Shown: positions 46,261-58,356, counted from the stretch's first letter. The stretch is DNA of 58,356 nt from Dimorphilus gyrociliatus (GCA_904063045.1 CAJFCJ010000099.1:1-58356); one strand, 5' to 3'. Notes: generated from the sequence alone by a model not told the origin. Made by a program: numbers and translations.

Positions 46261-48323
46261 CATTTACTCAATACATATTCTTTGGATGAAATACTGGTGT
46301 TTTGTTGATTAATTTCTATCGAAATTGCCTTTGTTAGACTATTTGTGGACATTTAAAACAAATGTTTAAACAAATGTTTAAAATAAAATGGTTTATTCGC
46401 AATAATAATACTTAAGCAAGTAACAATATGAGAATTCAATAGCAGAGTAGATAGTTCGTAATAGCAGGCTGCCAAATTACCAAACTGTCTTCCAATGTTG
46501 AGGAAGAGATGGATGGTTCCAGTGGAGGTTGTTTCCAGGTTATCTTCCCAGGTCCTTGGATCCAGATGGAAGCTGCATGCAGAATGAGAATAGTGAAGAT
46601 TTATATACTTTGAGGTTTGTCTCTGACATCCAATCATCACTTTACAGTTGCCTAAATGTGTAGTTCATATTTATGTTTAGTAACAGGATGTTACAAGGTT
46701 CAACATTTAGCGAAGGTTAATTGAATTATAACTTGGCCACACCCTAGGCAAGTTAATTAAATTATAACATTGGCCAAACACTGGTTTGATTAGTCAGCTT
46801 GAAGGCTCATCTTTAATTACCAATAAAGGTTTGGCCAAGTTATAATTTAATTAACTTGCCTAGGGTGTGGCCAAGTTATAATTCAATTAACCTTCCTAAA
46901 TGTTGAACCTTGTAACATCCTGTTACTAAACATAAATATGAACTACACATTTAGGCAACTGTAAAGTGATGATTGGATGTCAGAGACAAACCTCAAAGTA
47001 TATAAATCTTCACTATTCTCATTCTGCATGCAGCTTCCATCTGGATCCAAGGACCTGGGAAGATAACCTGGAAACAACCTCCACTGGAACCATCCATCTC
47101 TTCCTCAACATTGGAAGACAGTTTGGTAATTTGGCAGCCTGCTATTACGAACTATCTACTCTGCTATTGAATTCTCATATTGTTACTTGCTTAAGTATTA
47201 TTATTGCGAATAAACCATTTTATTTTAAACATTTGTTTAAACATTTGTTTAAATGTCCACAAATAGTCTAACAAAGGCAATTTCGATAGAAATTAATCAA
47301 CAAAACACCAGTATTTCATCCAAAGAATATGTATTGAGTAAAATGAGCTTCTAGTTTTAAACAAGCTAGTTTAAACAACTAGCTGACGGTTAGAAAACTG
47401 AACTATCAACTGTTAATTTCGTAGGGTTTATATACTCTTTTAAGGGTTGATAGTTGACAAATTTCAATGTTCACAAAAACAAAAGTAACATTTGAAGACA
47501 AAGAAAAGTTGTAAATATGGTCATGTTTTTATTGTTTTCCTCTTTTAAAAAATAGTTGAATTTCTCAGGTTGGAGAGTTGCATAAGACGTAACAATTTTA
47601 GTAGGACAAGTCCAACAATCAAGAAAACATGTAGATTGTATATTTGACCGTTTTTATATTCTACCTTAATAATGATATTCAATTGATTGAGTTAGTAAAT
47701 TTAGCATCAGCATATAAGGAGGAAGTATATCTGATTAATGCATGTTAAGAAGAACAGTATTGTGTATACAATACTGTTGAATAGTCAATATAATCTAAAC
47801 TTAGAATTTAAGCATAATTGATAATTAATTGAACTAGTTTTAGTTCAAAATCATAAATGTGTGGATTAATAAATTGTAATATTAATGCTAGGTTGCAAAT
47901 AGCAAATATTCTTTATATAATTTAATAGGTTTTATTGCTGCATAATGTGTATGCACTGCCCTACGCGAAAATAGGTCACTACTGCTTATCTTTATCAGTG
48001 CTATCTGCATAGTACAATACTGGTTCAATACTACTTCTCTATTGTAGAATATAGCTGACGAATGTATGTGTACAGGCAAATGGAATATTAGAACTGAGAG
48101 TAAAAATATAATTGATATTCCACTGATAACAGGATATTTCATTTGTCTTCTTCACCAGTACTCTTTTATCAGAATCAATAAAATTTGTATCTTTATTGTT
48201 AGCAATAAATCTCTCGGTTTTAATAATTTTTTTATTTGAACAAACTCTTCATAGAGTCATAAACCATTGAATCATTTTCAAAAAAATCAAAAAAAATTGA
48301 TTATTATAAGGCTCATTTTGTAT

Positions 48324-49661
48324 TTAGTTTTCATCAATCAGTTTAATGTGTTTAAGTATTAAAGGCTTTGGTGGAGGAGAAGGTTTTTTTGACAGTGGTT
48401 GGGCAATGTTCTCAGCAGAAGACATTGCTGTATTCGAATTATTTTGACCATACTCTGCTTAAATAAATTAGACATGTTGTTAATTAGAGTAAAGATAACA
48501 ATCAGTATTTTCCTACCTGTTTGTATTTTAGAATCAATTGTTGACTTCAATTTCAGTTTTACTTGATGAATTTGGGTCAGTAAGTTGGGATGCTGACATA
48601 TTGGTTGAGTAATTTGCCTTTTATCTACAATTAGGAAGAATTAGGAGAAGAACAATAAGAATTCATAAAATATATGTTGCTATAGGAACTAGAAAATTTC
48701 CAAAGAAATCAGTATCTGCTGCACTTTGGGAATCTCTAAATGTAAAAATCTTTAACTTACTAGCTGTTGGTGAAGTCATCTTTGGTTTAGTTGGAAGCCC
48801 TCTTCTGGATGAATCAGGTGAACTGAAGAATGCCACAGAATGTAGTGCAGAAGGTTCTTTGCATTTTTTCTGTCCTCCAAAAGAGTTGATAATGTCTGAA
48901 ACACTTCTTCTAAGGGGAACTTCTCTTGCATTTGATTGATTAAATTGAACATTTGAAGACAATTTATCACTCTGCTTAGGAATAGTTGGTTGTTGATATG
49001 GCTCTGAGCAATTCATTTTTGTTATTGAAAGATGTTCTACCTTCAAATTGATATTTTTTGGCAGAGGTTGAACAATATTCTCAGAAGAAAGTTTTTTTTC
49101 CTGTTGTCGTTTCTGTTTTTCCAGTTCCAGTTCCAGTTGCTCCTTTTGTTGTTCTAGTAGTTCGTTTTTTTGGTTTTGTTGTTGTAGTTGTTGCTTCAAT
49201 TCTTTCAATTGGTTCAGCTGCAATTTTTGTTCAGCTTGATGTTGTTTTAGAGATATTTGTAGTTGCCTCAATTCTTGTTCTTGTTCTTGTTGGAGTTTTT
49301 CCAATGTTTGATATTGTAGCTTTTGCTGTTGCTGTTGCTGTTTGTAGAATTTTTGTTCCCATTCCAATTGTTGTTTGGTTAAAGTGTAATCTTCATCAAC
49401 AAGTGGCAACGCTAAATGTTTTTGTAATGCATATTGCATTCGATTTTTTGGCAAACTGCCAACATGATTTTTATCTAGAAAATGCTCTCCTCTACATTCT
49501 GGACAAGTTATTTTCCATGGTTCACTGGGCAAATTATTCAAACAATTAAAACAAAAAGTATGTTGACAAGGCAGTATTCTTGGATCATTCTCTATCCATA
49601 ATGCCAAACAAATAGAGCATTCCAGCTCTTTGTCACTTATAAAGTAGCCATTAACAGCCAT
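48324..49661 (-). CDS. RING-HC (TRIM-like) E3 ligase candidate with Gln-rich coiled coil, probably 3 exons
   Basis: CSICLALWIENDPRILPCQHTFCFNCL...ITCPECR (C3HC4); poly-Q heptads. A gtaagt donor after PTA and two downstream AG-bounded exons extend the ORF to ...KKPSPPPKPLILKHIKLIDEN*. Confidence 0.85.
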
Positions 49662-51200
49662 TCTTTAAATTGCTGACGTTCTATAGAAAATCTAAAACCA
49701 TAAGATATAACCATATATTATGTTGTAAATGGTTATGTTTATAAAGGTCAAGTTTATAAAGAGTGTTTATCATGATTTAGGTCTAATTTCTAAATTGTAC
49801 ACTTTTTTGTGACATTTTAAATGCTTAAATTCTTGCTGCTATCTAAAATTTATAACTCTTAAAACTTACAAAAGAAAATGCAATGACATTTGGTCAAACA
49901 CATATCCTAGTTAGTCATCTTCAAGGTTAACCTTTCGTGACCAGTTAAGGTTTGGCCCTACTAAATGTTGGATCTTCTAAAATCCTGTACTAAAGGTAGA
50001 TATGACATACACATACATATGTCAGCTATATTCTACAATAGATAAGTAGTATTGAACCAGTATTGCACTGCACTAATAGTATACTGATAGAGATAAGCAG
50101 TATTGATCCAGATCAATAGTGGGTAAAGTAATTTCTGCTTTTTTATCCCTAACCAACAGTTTGACCTTGACATAAACTGAAATTCATAAAATTGAATTTT
50201 TCACAACCCTATAACCCCACCAAACCTAGCCCTAAAATTTACCTTCAGGGGATGTTTTGTCTCGACCCTGTTGCTATCACATGTATTGTAGGGTTAGATC
50301 AGTCCATTATGTTAACATATCTCCTCTTCAATACTACCAAGTTATATTTGCACAGTTTCCAATACATTCATTAGCCATAACAACCTTTTCCATATTTGCA
50401 ATTATTATCTCCATTGTCTCTTTAAAATTTTCATAATATTTGGCACTTGTTGGTTTAGTTACAACTAATGACATCTTTAACTAACACAAGAATCTTTATC
50501 TCCCAATTAAATCTGAAGAGATCCCTTACAATAAGATTCTCAAGCCTCTCATTTTGTTTTAACATTATAGTAGACCGTGATGAGTCCCAGATCAAAAACT
50601 ATAGAGAGGGTGATGAAACCACAGTAGGTGGAGTAGGTAGGAAATTCCAAAAATATTTTCTATTGGAAATTGTTTTAAATGTCAATTTTGGTGTATTTTT
50701 TCTTTGACTGCTTTTCAAAATCAATTGGGACTCTTGAAATGTGAGAATTCTGCTTCTCTTTTTCATTTTGTCAAAAAATATCTTTTGCAAAACTAGAAAC
50801 AAAACTGAATATACTTTCCAACTTAAAATTAAATTTACATTCTGTTTTATTTGAATTTTTGAATTTCTTATATTATTTTCATATTCAGCAAAGAAAATCA
50901 CATTATACTAATATATTCATGTGTGAATAACAACTAAACCTTCAAAATGTTAATATTTCAATTGACAATATTGATGTGTTTAAAGGCCTAGTATGCAAAA
51001 TATTTTATCAACAATTAAAAAGCAAGCTCCAAGGATCATATAATAATCAATAATCAACTAAAAAGGGACCTCCCTGTAACCTAACACATAAGACCTTTAG
51101 ATAGCAATTTCTAAACAGCTACACCAACCTTTAGCCTAACAAGTTTAGAAGTGTGAGTGCAATTGTTACGGTTATAAATCTGTACTGATTGTGCTAATCT

Positions 51201-53306
51201 CTAACACTCAAGTACAGAATCCTGTTTCCAATTATATCTCATTTTGGAACAATTTATCAACAAATTTCTATAAATAGCTTTGTTGCTCAATTGATCATCA
51301 TCAATAGTAAGTTTCTCTAAAGCATGTCTTGATTGCCAAAGTCCTTCACAAATATCAATCAATCCAGGTTCCATAAATTTGTTTAAGTAAAGCTGTATTT
51401 CCTTTATTTTACAGCAATTTTTCAACAAATTTCCAAAAGGTTTTCCATGTCTCTCTTTTAGGTCACAATGGAAAACAAAAATCTTACTTAAGGTATCTTT
51501 TGATTTAAGCAATCCATCACAAATATTTGAAAATCCATGTTCCATTCCAGGATTGGAAGATAAATTCACTTCAGTTAGCTTGGAACAAGCTTTTAATACA
51601 TTTGCAAGGGATATAATTTGTTCTTTATTTAAATCGCATGAATAAACAACAATCTTTTCTAAAGTATTTTTTGATTGTAAAAGGCCAGTGCAAATTTCAG
51701 AAGAAAAACTTTTTCCCATTGCTTGATTAAATGTCAAATTTATTTCCTTCATTTTTATACAATTTTTAATAGTTTTCCAAAATATTTAGCTTGTTGTTCA
51801 TTTAATTCACTATGTGAAAGATCAATCTTTTCTAAAGTATCTTTTGATTGAAGGAGTGCATCAAATAGTTTGAAAGCGAATTTATTTCGCAATCGCATAG
51901 AGCTCAAATTAATTTCCCTTATCTTGGAGCAGTTTTCTAACAATTTTATAAAATTTCCTATCATAGATGGAGATGGTTGATCCATCATTGCATGAATCAT
52001 TTCCAAAGTATCATTTGATTTGATAAGTCCTTCAATAATATCAGAAAATACATTATTTAAAAATCTCTGTTCAAGAACAAGTCTTTCTCTCAGATAATAT
52101 TCTGTATTCTCCTTTGCAACTGTCATAAAACTTATTTGCATTTTCTTTATGTTAGAGCAATTTTTTATCAACTTTCCATAAGCTCCAATTGCTTCTCTAT
52201 TAATACATAAGATCTCAATCACTTCCAGAGAAGTTTCCAAAACATTTGTATCCCTCCTCATTTTCAAACCTACAATCCATATCTATTTTCTCTAAGGTAT
52301 CTTTTGACTGAATAAGACCATTGAAAATATCTGAAACTTGTATTTTTATATGGAGGGATTGGTTAATAATTCTAAATTCTTTAATTTTAGAACAATTTCT
52401 TAACAAGTTTCCAAACCTTTTGCACAGTTTTTCATTTTCTAGGTGGTGAGGGTGAATATGAACTTTCTCCAAAGAATCTTTTGCTCTATGAAGACCATCA
52501 AAAATGTATGAAGTTAAATTTTGCTTAGATTGCCAAAAACAACAATCTAATTCAATTTCTTTTATTTTAGAGCAATCTTTGAACAAATTTCCAAAATATC
52601 TCATTTGTTCTTGATTTAGATAGAGTCTAGAAATTTTAATAATCTCTAAAGTATCTTTAGAAAGAGAGAGATATTTACAAATATCTTTAAATTGTTTTAG
52701 AATTTCCTTATTATCAGAAATATCTATAGATCTGATATTGTTATGGATTCTTATTGTATTGACATAATCCGTTATTGTTTGCCCATTCCTACTTTCTCTT
52801 GAAAAATCCAAGTTTACTAATTTTGGTTATGATAAAATTGGTCTGCTTTTCAATACTTTCTCAATTTCATCCAATTCTTTATTTATAGTCTTTCTATTAT
52901 CGTCCTCCCTTTTTAAGAAAAATTCCACTTGTTTCTTATCTGATGACTTTGTTTGACAATCTAAAAATTTCTTCCAACATTCTAAACAAATGTTTTCATT
53001 AGGTTCATCATCATAGCTAATAGAATCTTTCTCTTTCTCTACTTTAAAAAAACCATTTCTTGAATGATTTTGCAATTGAACCTTTAGATATTTGTTAAAA
53101 TCACAGGATTTCATTCTACTTTCACTTTCACACTGACGACAAATTACTCGACACATTTCCCTTTCCTCATCATTAGTAAATTTTGAACATGAAGAACATT
53201 TATTAACTGTGTAGAATAACATGAATGGGGGTTTATCCAACCATGAAATTAAACAGCAATGACATAAAAAGTCTTCTCCTTTCTCAATAAAGCTGGTGGC
53301 AGCCAT
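51201..53306 (-). pseudogene. RING-like zinc finger + RNI-type LRR gene, interrupted by 1 stop and 2 frameshifts
   Basis: N-terminal CHCCLISWLDKPPFML...KCSSC...ICRQC. An in-frame TAA at 52827 is followed by PKLVNLDFSR. Repeated GLxQSKDTLEKI...FGNLLKNCSKIKEI units. Frameshifts near 52230 and 51760. Confidence 0.8.
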
Positions 53307-53529
53307 TTTATATAAAAATTTGATAAGTTAATGGTCAAAGGTAATGTCTATAAATAACTATAAAAGATTAAAATATTGCTGAATTTTTTAATGGAATATT
53401 TTATTAAATCCTTTTACAGAATTCAATTATTTCTCACCATTCAAAAGTTATGACTCTGCCAATTTTAAAAGTATAGTTCTTAGATATAGGCCTATGAAAA
53501 TTCTATTATATGTATATGCCGCGATGCAC

Positions 53530-53736
53530 GGGACTGGTCGAAAACGGCCATAAATGAAATATTTGAAAGTTAGATTTCAGCCTGGGAAATGGTTAGGAGG
53601 AATAAGATAACTGTTGATATGTTCTTAGGAGGGTCCCATCTAAGGGTTAGGGGTATTCAAAAAGGTTAGGCAAAAACAAGGGCTGGGTTAGGGTTAGGGT
53701 AAAACCATAGATTTATGGCCATTTTCTACCACATCC
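53530..53736. mobile_element. Mutator-type MITE, near-identical to 30638-30844
   Basis: TSD gcgatgcac / gccatgcac (8 of 9); same TIRs and gggctgggttagggttaggg. Confidence 0.88.
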
Positions 53737-53999
53737 GCCATGCACATATGCTCATGAACATTAATTATAGAACTACATTAGTCTTACTTTAACCACCTAA
53801 GAACATTTATTTAGCAGGCAGCAAAAGAGTATGAAAAGGTCAAACTCAACAACTATTGTTGACTTTTGGACCAGTTCCAACTTCTCACATTCACTGGTTG
53901 AATTGAATGTTACCAAAATTGTTACATTTTACAAAACAAGGTGACGACCTAAATTTATTTGACCTACATAGATTTCATTATCACATTATATGTTATACT

Positions 54000-56565
54000 G
54001 ATACAATGTATATAGGCAGATATATAAACATACATTTATCTAAAAAATTAAAAGAATTAAAAATGAAAAGAAATAGAGAATATGAAATGTAGGTAAAATC
54101 TATGGAGCATATATATGAGATGTTTGTAGCAATAATTCATCTGCTAATATTTTTCCTAATTTGTATTCATCCCAATTGTCAAATATTTTTTTTTCTCTCT
54201 CCACATACCTTTTTCTCTGATATCTATATATTTGTTTATCAGACATCACCTTTTCATAGATAATCATCAAATCTCGCTCTTTTTTCAGTTCATCCACTAG
54301 TGTGTAGAATGAGCCTTTTGATTGCACTTGACTATCCATCCTGTTGTGCCAACCCTCCAGACTATTATTTGTTCTAATTCATAGACCAAACACTGACCAA
54401 TTTTCAGGTTTCCACATAGAATTACATATCCATGTATTTTCAAAATACAACAGTAGGTCAGAAAATTTCTGTTGTTCCAAAAGTTCAGACTTGAGTCTGC
54501 CAAATGTTGAAATGATGGCAGAAATGGTAATGCCATGATTTTCCTTAGATCTCTCCATTCTTCTCCTTTCTCCATATATTGTTTGGAATATCCAAGAGAC
54601 TGAGAATAACAAATTAATTATGAAATAAGATATTGATTTAAATATTAGATCTACCTGTATTTTCCTATAAATTGCTTGGGTGAAATGAAAAACACATCCA
54701 TGTATTGTCGTATTTGGAAACACTTTTGTTATTGTCTTCCATAGTGCCATCTCAAAGTCTAAAGTGACTTTTTCAGGCTCTGACATGTTAATCATTTTCT
54801 TAATAGTCTGCAGAAAATTATTTAAAAGTTAACAAACTGAAAATATAATTAGTTATTACACTTACTTTAAATGCTAATTTATAAGCTCTCTTGCATTTTG
54901 ATGTCATGAAAATGAAGGCAAGGGGCACATGTTTCATGTTCTCATTCTTTTTCACATAAGATTGGATTGTCAGTAATTGGTAAAATGGTTCTTTTACAAT
55001 TTTAAATATTCCATCAACAAACCAATGATCTGATTTACTCAACAATTCAAACTGATAGTCTGTGTCAAATATAAGAATCCTTTCATTGTTTTCACAGATA
55101 TCTTTCTTTAGAATGTTGTCTGGTATGAAATCCATATTTAATTCAAATTCATAATCTTTTGGTTCCATTGGCCTCTTCTTTTGCCTGGTTGAATTCGCCA
55201 TCCTTTTTAAATATTGCAGGTTTGGTAGAAAATCAGTATTTTCCTGGTTATTGAGAAGAACTGTTTCAGCCAGCTTTCTTCCACTTGTAGCAAAATCTTT
55301 TTGGCATAAGTTTTTCAGTTCCCTTTTTATTTCAACATCAACTTTTTGATACTTTTTTCCTTCATGATTATGCTGTTGACTTCCTTTAACAAAGGTACTG
55401 TCTTGTTGGCGAATTCTTGCTGGACATCTTTTTTTATTGGTTCTTACACTGCATACCCATATGCTACTTTTTGAATTTTTTGTTTTCAGAGTGAAGGAAA
55501 ACTCATTAATAATTAGTAAATCTTTGCCAAGCTGACTTCCCCCTTTTACTACATAAAATTCATCCATCCTTCCAGTCACATTACTCTCTTCTAGATCTTG
55601 ATCTTCATTTCTACAAATAAGGGCAGGCTGTTTAGTGTCTTGATTTTGACTTCTTTCATTAATGTGACTTTCTTCTGTATGTTGATGTTCATTTGCACTA
55701 TTAATGACACTCTCATCCATATCTCTGTGTTGATCAATCTGCATAATTTCCCTGTTAATAATATCATTATCATCATCTTTCAATCTTTTAACCTGCAGAA
55801 GAAACTGCTTCTTTTCACAGTCCAGACAAACTGATACCTTTGAATCTAGAAGACAAAAGTTAAGTAGTTACAAATTAAGATGTGCATTTAAATATCATAC
55901 TCAGTAAACATTTTTCATGGATTTTTTCATTCCATAGCACACAAAGTTTCCATTTCTGTCTCCCATATATAATAAGTTTGCAATTTTTACATTTCATTTT
56001 TAATCTGGATCTATTATACATAAAACATTAGTTTTGTGTAATAAAAATTTCATAAAGCAGTTAAGGGAAATCAATATTTAAAAATATTTAAACCTATTAC
56101 TTAATGCCATATAATAATACGCAAGATGATAGACAATTATTATTTCACTATTTACTCTAATAAACTTTTTTTCAAAGTTATGAAAAAGGGCTATTATCAT
56201 CAATAATAATTTGTTTACCTTTGTTTTATTTTGGATAGATTCCCAAAATAATATTTCACTGAGAATTCTGTAAAATCAATATCAGAAATAAATCAAAATG
56301 GCTGACTTAAGATGAGTACCAATATTAAAAACTGGTATTCTAAGTAACAGAATATTATGGAATTAATTTAATAATTTACACACATATATATATATATATA
56401 TATATACAGTATATATAATATTATTCAAAATAATACATTTGTTAATGTATGTTAATTATTTTAAAGTTGGTATGGTTTAACTTCTTAATGGGTACAGTTT
56501 AACCCCTTTATGGGTACGGTTTAACCCAGGTACGGTTTAAGCCGGGTATGGTTTCACCCCTATTC
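54000..56565 (-). mobile_element. Mutator/Phantom-type element (E6, E2 family): PHD-FLYWCH-MULE transposase 55997-54100, defective, one TIR only
   Basis: TIR units ggtacggtttaaccc...cccctattc at 56490-56565; MKCKNC...HEKC | VCLDC; FLYWCH; WFVDGIF; LDFE; GCVFHFTQA; RTNNSLEGWHNR. Frameshift near 54520, stop at 54379. Confidence 0.9.
56384..56406. repeat. (TA)n microsatellite inside E6
   Basis: Seen directly. Confidence 0.9.
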
Positions 56566-57029
56566 ACATATTGTGTAACATTCTGTTCACAATCAATAAA
56601 TCAGTAAATGAAGCCTAGTCACTTTTGTTTTGTTAAGTGTTTGGCAATGTGGCAGCTTGCAGTAAACATTATCTACTCTGTTATTTAACTTTATGTAGTA
56701 CTGCTTTTTCCAGTAATAAATGTTATATTCACATTGCTTAGGAGAGATTGTTCAAGCTGAGAGTGTTTCCAGAAGATCTTCTCAGATAATTGGATAATCA
56801 GTTTGCAGTTGGAATAACCATTTTTATGTTTGTATAGTGTTTCACTTTATTTGGACAGTTTAATAATTTTTGATAAAATGTAATGAATTATACAATTTTT
56901 TAATTGGGTGCTTGAGCATCATCTCAAGGATTTACTCTTATCTCTAGCTTATGAAACAATAGCCCGAAAAATGTAATGAGGCAGTATAGAGATTAAGTTA
57001 CAGAAATTTTTAAGTATTTATTATTTACA

Positions 57030-57225
57030 CGAAGAAAACAATAAAAACCTGACCATATTTACAACTTTTCTTTGTCATTAAAATGTTACTTTTGTTTTTG
57101 TGAGTATTGAAATTTGTGAACTATTAACCCTTTAAAAGTGTATATAAACCATACGAAATTAACAGTTGATAGTTCAGTTTTTTAACCATCAGATGGTTGT
57201 TTAAACTAGCTTGTTTAGAACTAGA
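57030..57225 (+). promoter_or_regulatory. Putative core promoter of the NLR gene (TATA 57141, TCAGTT 57174)
   Basis: TATATAAA plus Inr-like motif ~300 bp upstream of the ATG at 57488; the block is shared with 46066-46260. Confidence 0.45.
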
Positions 57226-57487
57226 TGAGGGGATTGGTTTGATCAGATCTGAAGCTGTTATTACAACTGTCTTCTTAGATGTGGAAATTCAACTTAACCC
57301 TTAAGAGTCCATAGCTCATTTCAATCCTACATATAGTAGAAGGCTGCTTAACCCTAAGTCTGGACATTTCAGATGTACCATTAAAGAAACATTATTTACA
57401 TAAGCTTATTATTAATATATAACTATTGGTAATATATTTTTGTACTTTAAAGCTGACGCCATTTTCCTGAAAGATTCCCATTCAAAA

Positions 57488-58356
57488 ATGGAATTATTGG
57501 AAAAAACAGGAAATAAATTACTACTTCAGCATCACAAGAAAACGTTTCTGGATCTACTAAGGAGTAGAGGATTTATAAATCGTCTTAAATCAAAAAATGT
57601 TATACCTAAAAATGAAGATGATCCCAACATTATGTTTGACTCTAGTATTTCATATTCAGCGCCTGAAAATATAATAACAATTTTGTATTCAATGGAGACC
57701 GAAAGTTTTACAACATTAGGAGAAACCATTTCAAATTCTTTTGACAGTCTTAAAAAACTTGTTCAAGAAAATCATTCACAAAAATATTCAACACTTTCAA
57801 AATTTCCCCATCATAATGGAGAAACAACATTGGATAAATTCTATAACATTGTAACACCAATTGAAATTGTTTATAATAAGCCTATTTCAAAAAAAGATAC
57901 TCAATTAACACACGTGATTGAATTTCTGAATGAATTAACAAATTCTCAAAGGATATTGATGTATGGCAAGGCATTTACTGGAAAAACATACTTGTCTTAT
58001 AAACTATTGAAAGATTGGGCTGATGGAAAAATTTGTCAAGATTGGTTATTTCTTTCTATTCAACTAGAAAATATTTCAGAAGAAGGTTTTATGGACGCAG
58101 TTTACCAACAAAATTTGCCAAGTCAAAATCAAATTTATAGGGATCTTCTGAAATATTATTTAAATGATGAATGCAAAGATAAAAAGAAGAAAATTCTACT
58201 GTTTATGGATGGAGCTGATAAATTTGAAATAAAGAAATCACATTTTCATAAAATCATACACGGAGCAAAAAGTTCACTAGCAATAGTTGTTTTGATCAGA
58301 AATTCAAAATTGGAAGAATTAAAAAACATATATGATATTATATTGGAAATAAAAGG
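57488..58356 (+). CDS. NLR-type protein: CARD/death-fold-like N-terminus + NACHT NTPase (5' partial, runs off the window)
   Basis: Open frame from ATG 57488 to the window end (absent from the ORF track because it has no stop). RILMYGKAFTGKTYLSYKLLKDWADG is the Walker A plus NACHT WA.G motif; KILLFMDGADKF is Walker B. N-terminal LLQHHKKTFLDLL...FINRLKSKNVI resembles CARD helices. Confidence 0.85.
   Translation, partial: MELLEKTGNKLLLQHHKKTFLDLLRSRGFINRLKSKNVIPKNEDDPNIMFDSSISYSAPENIITILYSMETESFTTLGETISNSFDSLKKLVQENHSQKYSTLSKFPHHNGETTLDKFYNIVTPIEIVYNKPISKKDTQLTHVIEFLNELTNSQRILMYGKAFTGKTYLSYKLLKDWADGKICQDWLFLSIQLENISEEGFMDAVYQQNLPSQNQIYRDLLKYYLNDECKDKKKKILLFMDGADKFEIKKSHFHKIIHGAKSSLAIVVLIRNSKLEELKNIYDIILEIK

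Larger units (their letters stand above)
42199..51406. repeat. Giant inverted duplication: arms 42199-46779 and 46829-51406, 49-bp spacer
   Basis: The arms are reverse complements, and the ORF track shows mirrored identical peptides. The differences I found are almost all 1-2 nt indels in homopolymers. Confidence 0.97.

Noticed and set aside
46780-46828. Palindrome spacer as a leftover hairpin sequencing adapter
   Set aside because: It does not resemble the SMRTbell adapter I recall, and it aligns to a genomic repeat at 43657-43727.
45468-48142. ORFs 45468-45800, 46353-46640, 46966-47271 and 47888-48142
   Set aside because: No recognisable motifs. They overlap non-coding repeats and appear twice only because of the palindrome.
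1-58356. tRNA, rRNA or snRNA genes
   Set aside because: No cloverleaf, A/B-box or rRNA-like conserved sequence recognised by eye; a covariance-model scan would be needed to exclude short ncRNAs.

Overview
AT-rich (roughly 30% GC by eye) eukaryotic genomic DNA with many very short GT-AG introns (about 40-70 bp). The gene families and intron sizes suggest a compact invertebrate, probably spiralian, genome; an annelid such as Dimorphilus is a guess, not shown. Host genes: two paralogous multi-exon GRL101/LGR-type GPCRs (2.2-8.3 kb + and 24.0-30.3 kb -), a 2-exon class A GPCR, an intronless GST-fold protein, a dispanin-like gene, an ADAMTS-like M12B protease, a RING/Q-rich gene, a disrupted RING-like+LRR gene, and a CARD-like/NACHT NLR running off the right end. 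Mobile DNA: BEL/Pao gag and pol relics, at least six Mutator (Phantom-type FLYWCH-MULE) elements, and a ~200-bp MITE family with 9-bp TSDs and a telomere-like G-quadruplex motif. A 9.2-kb near-perfect palindrome (42.2-51.4 kb) abuts an N gap. Best candidate for novelty: by manual splicing, both LGR-type receptors continue past the 7TM into three phase-conserved exons that encode a degenerate, tyrosine-kinase-like C-lobe remnant (a putative GPCR-pseudokinase fusion). Second: the MULE transposases carry an intron-split N-terminal PHD finger. No rRNA, tRNA or CRISPR was found. All domain calls are manual motif recognition; no database search was run.
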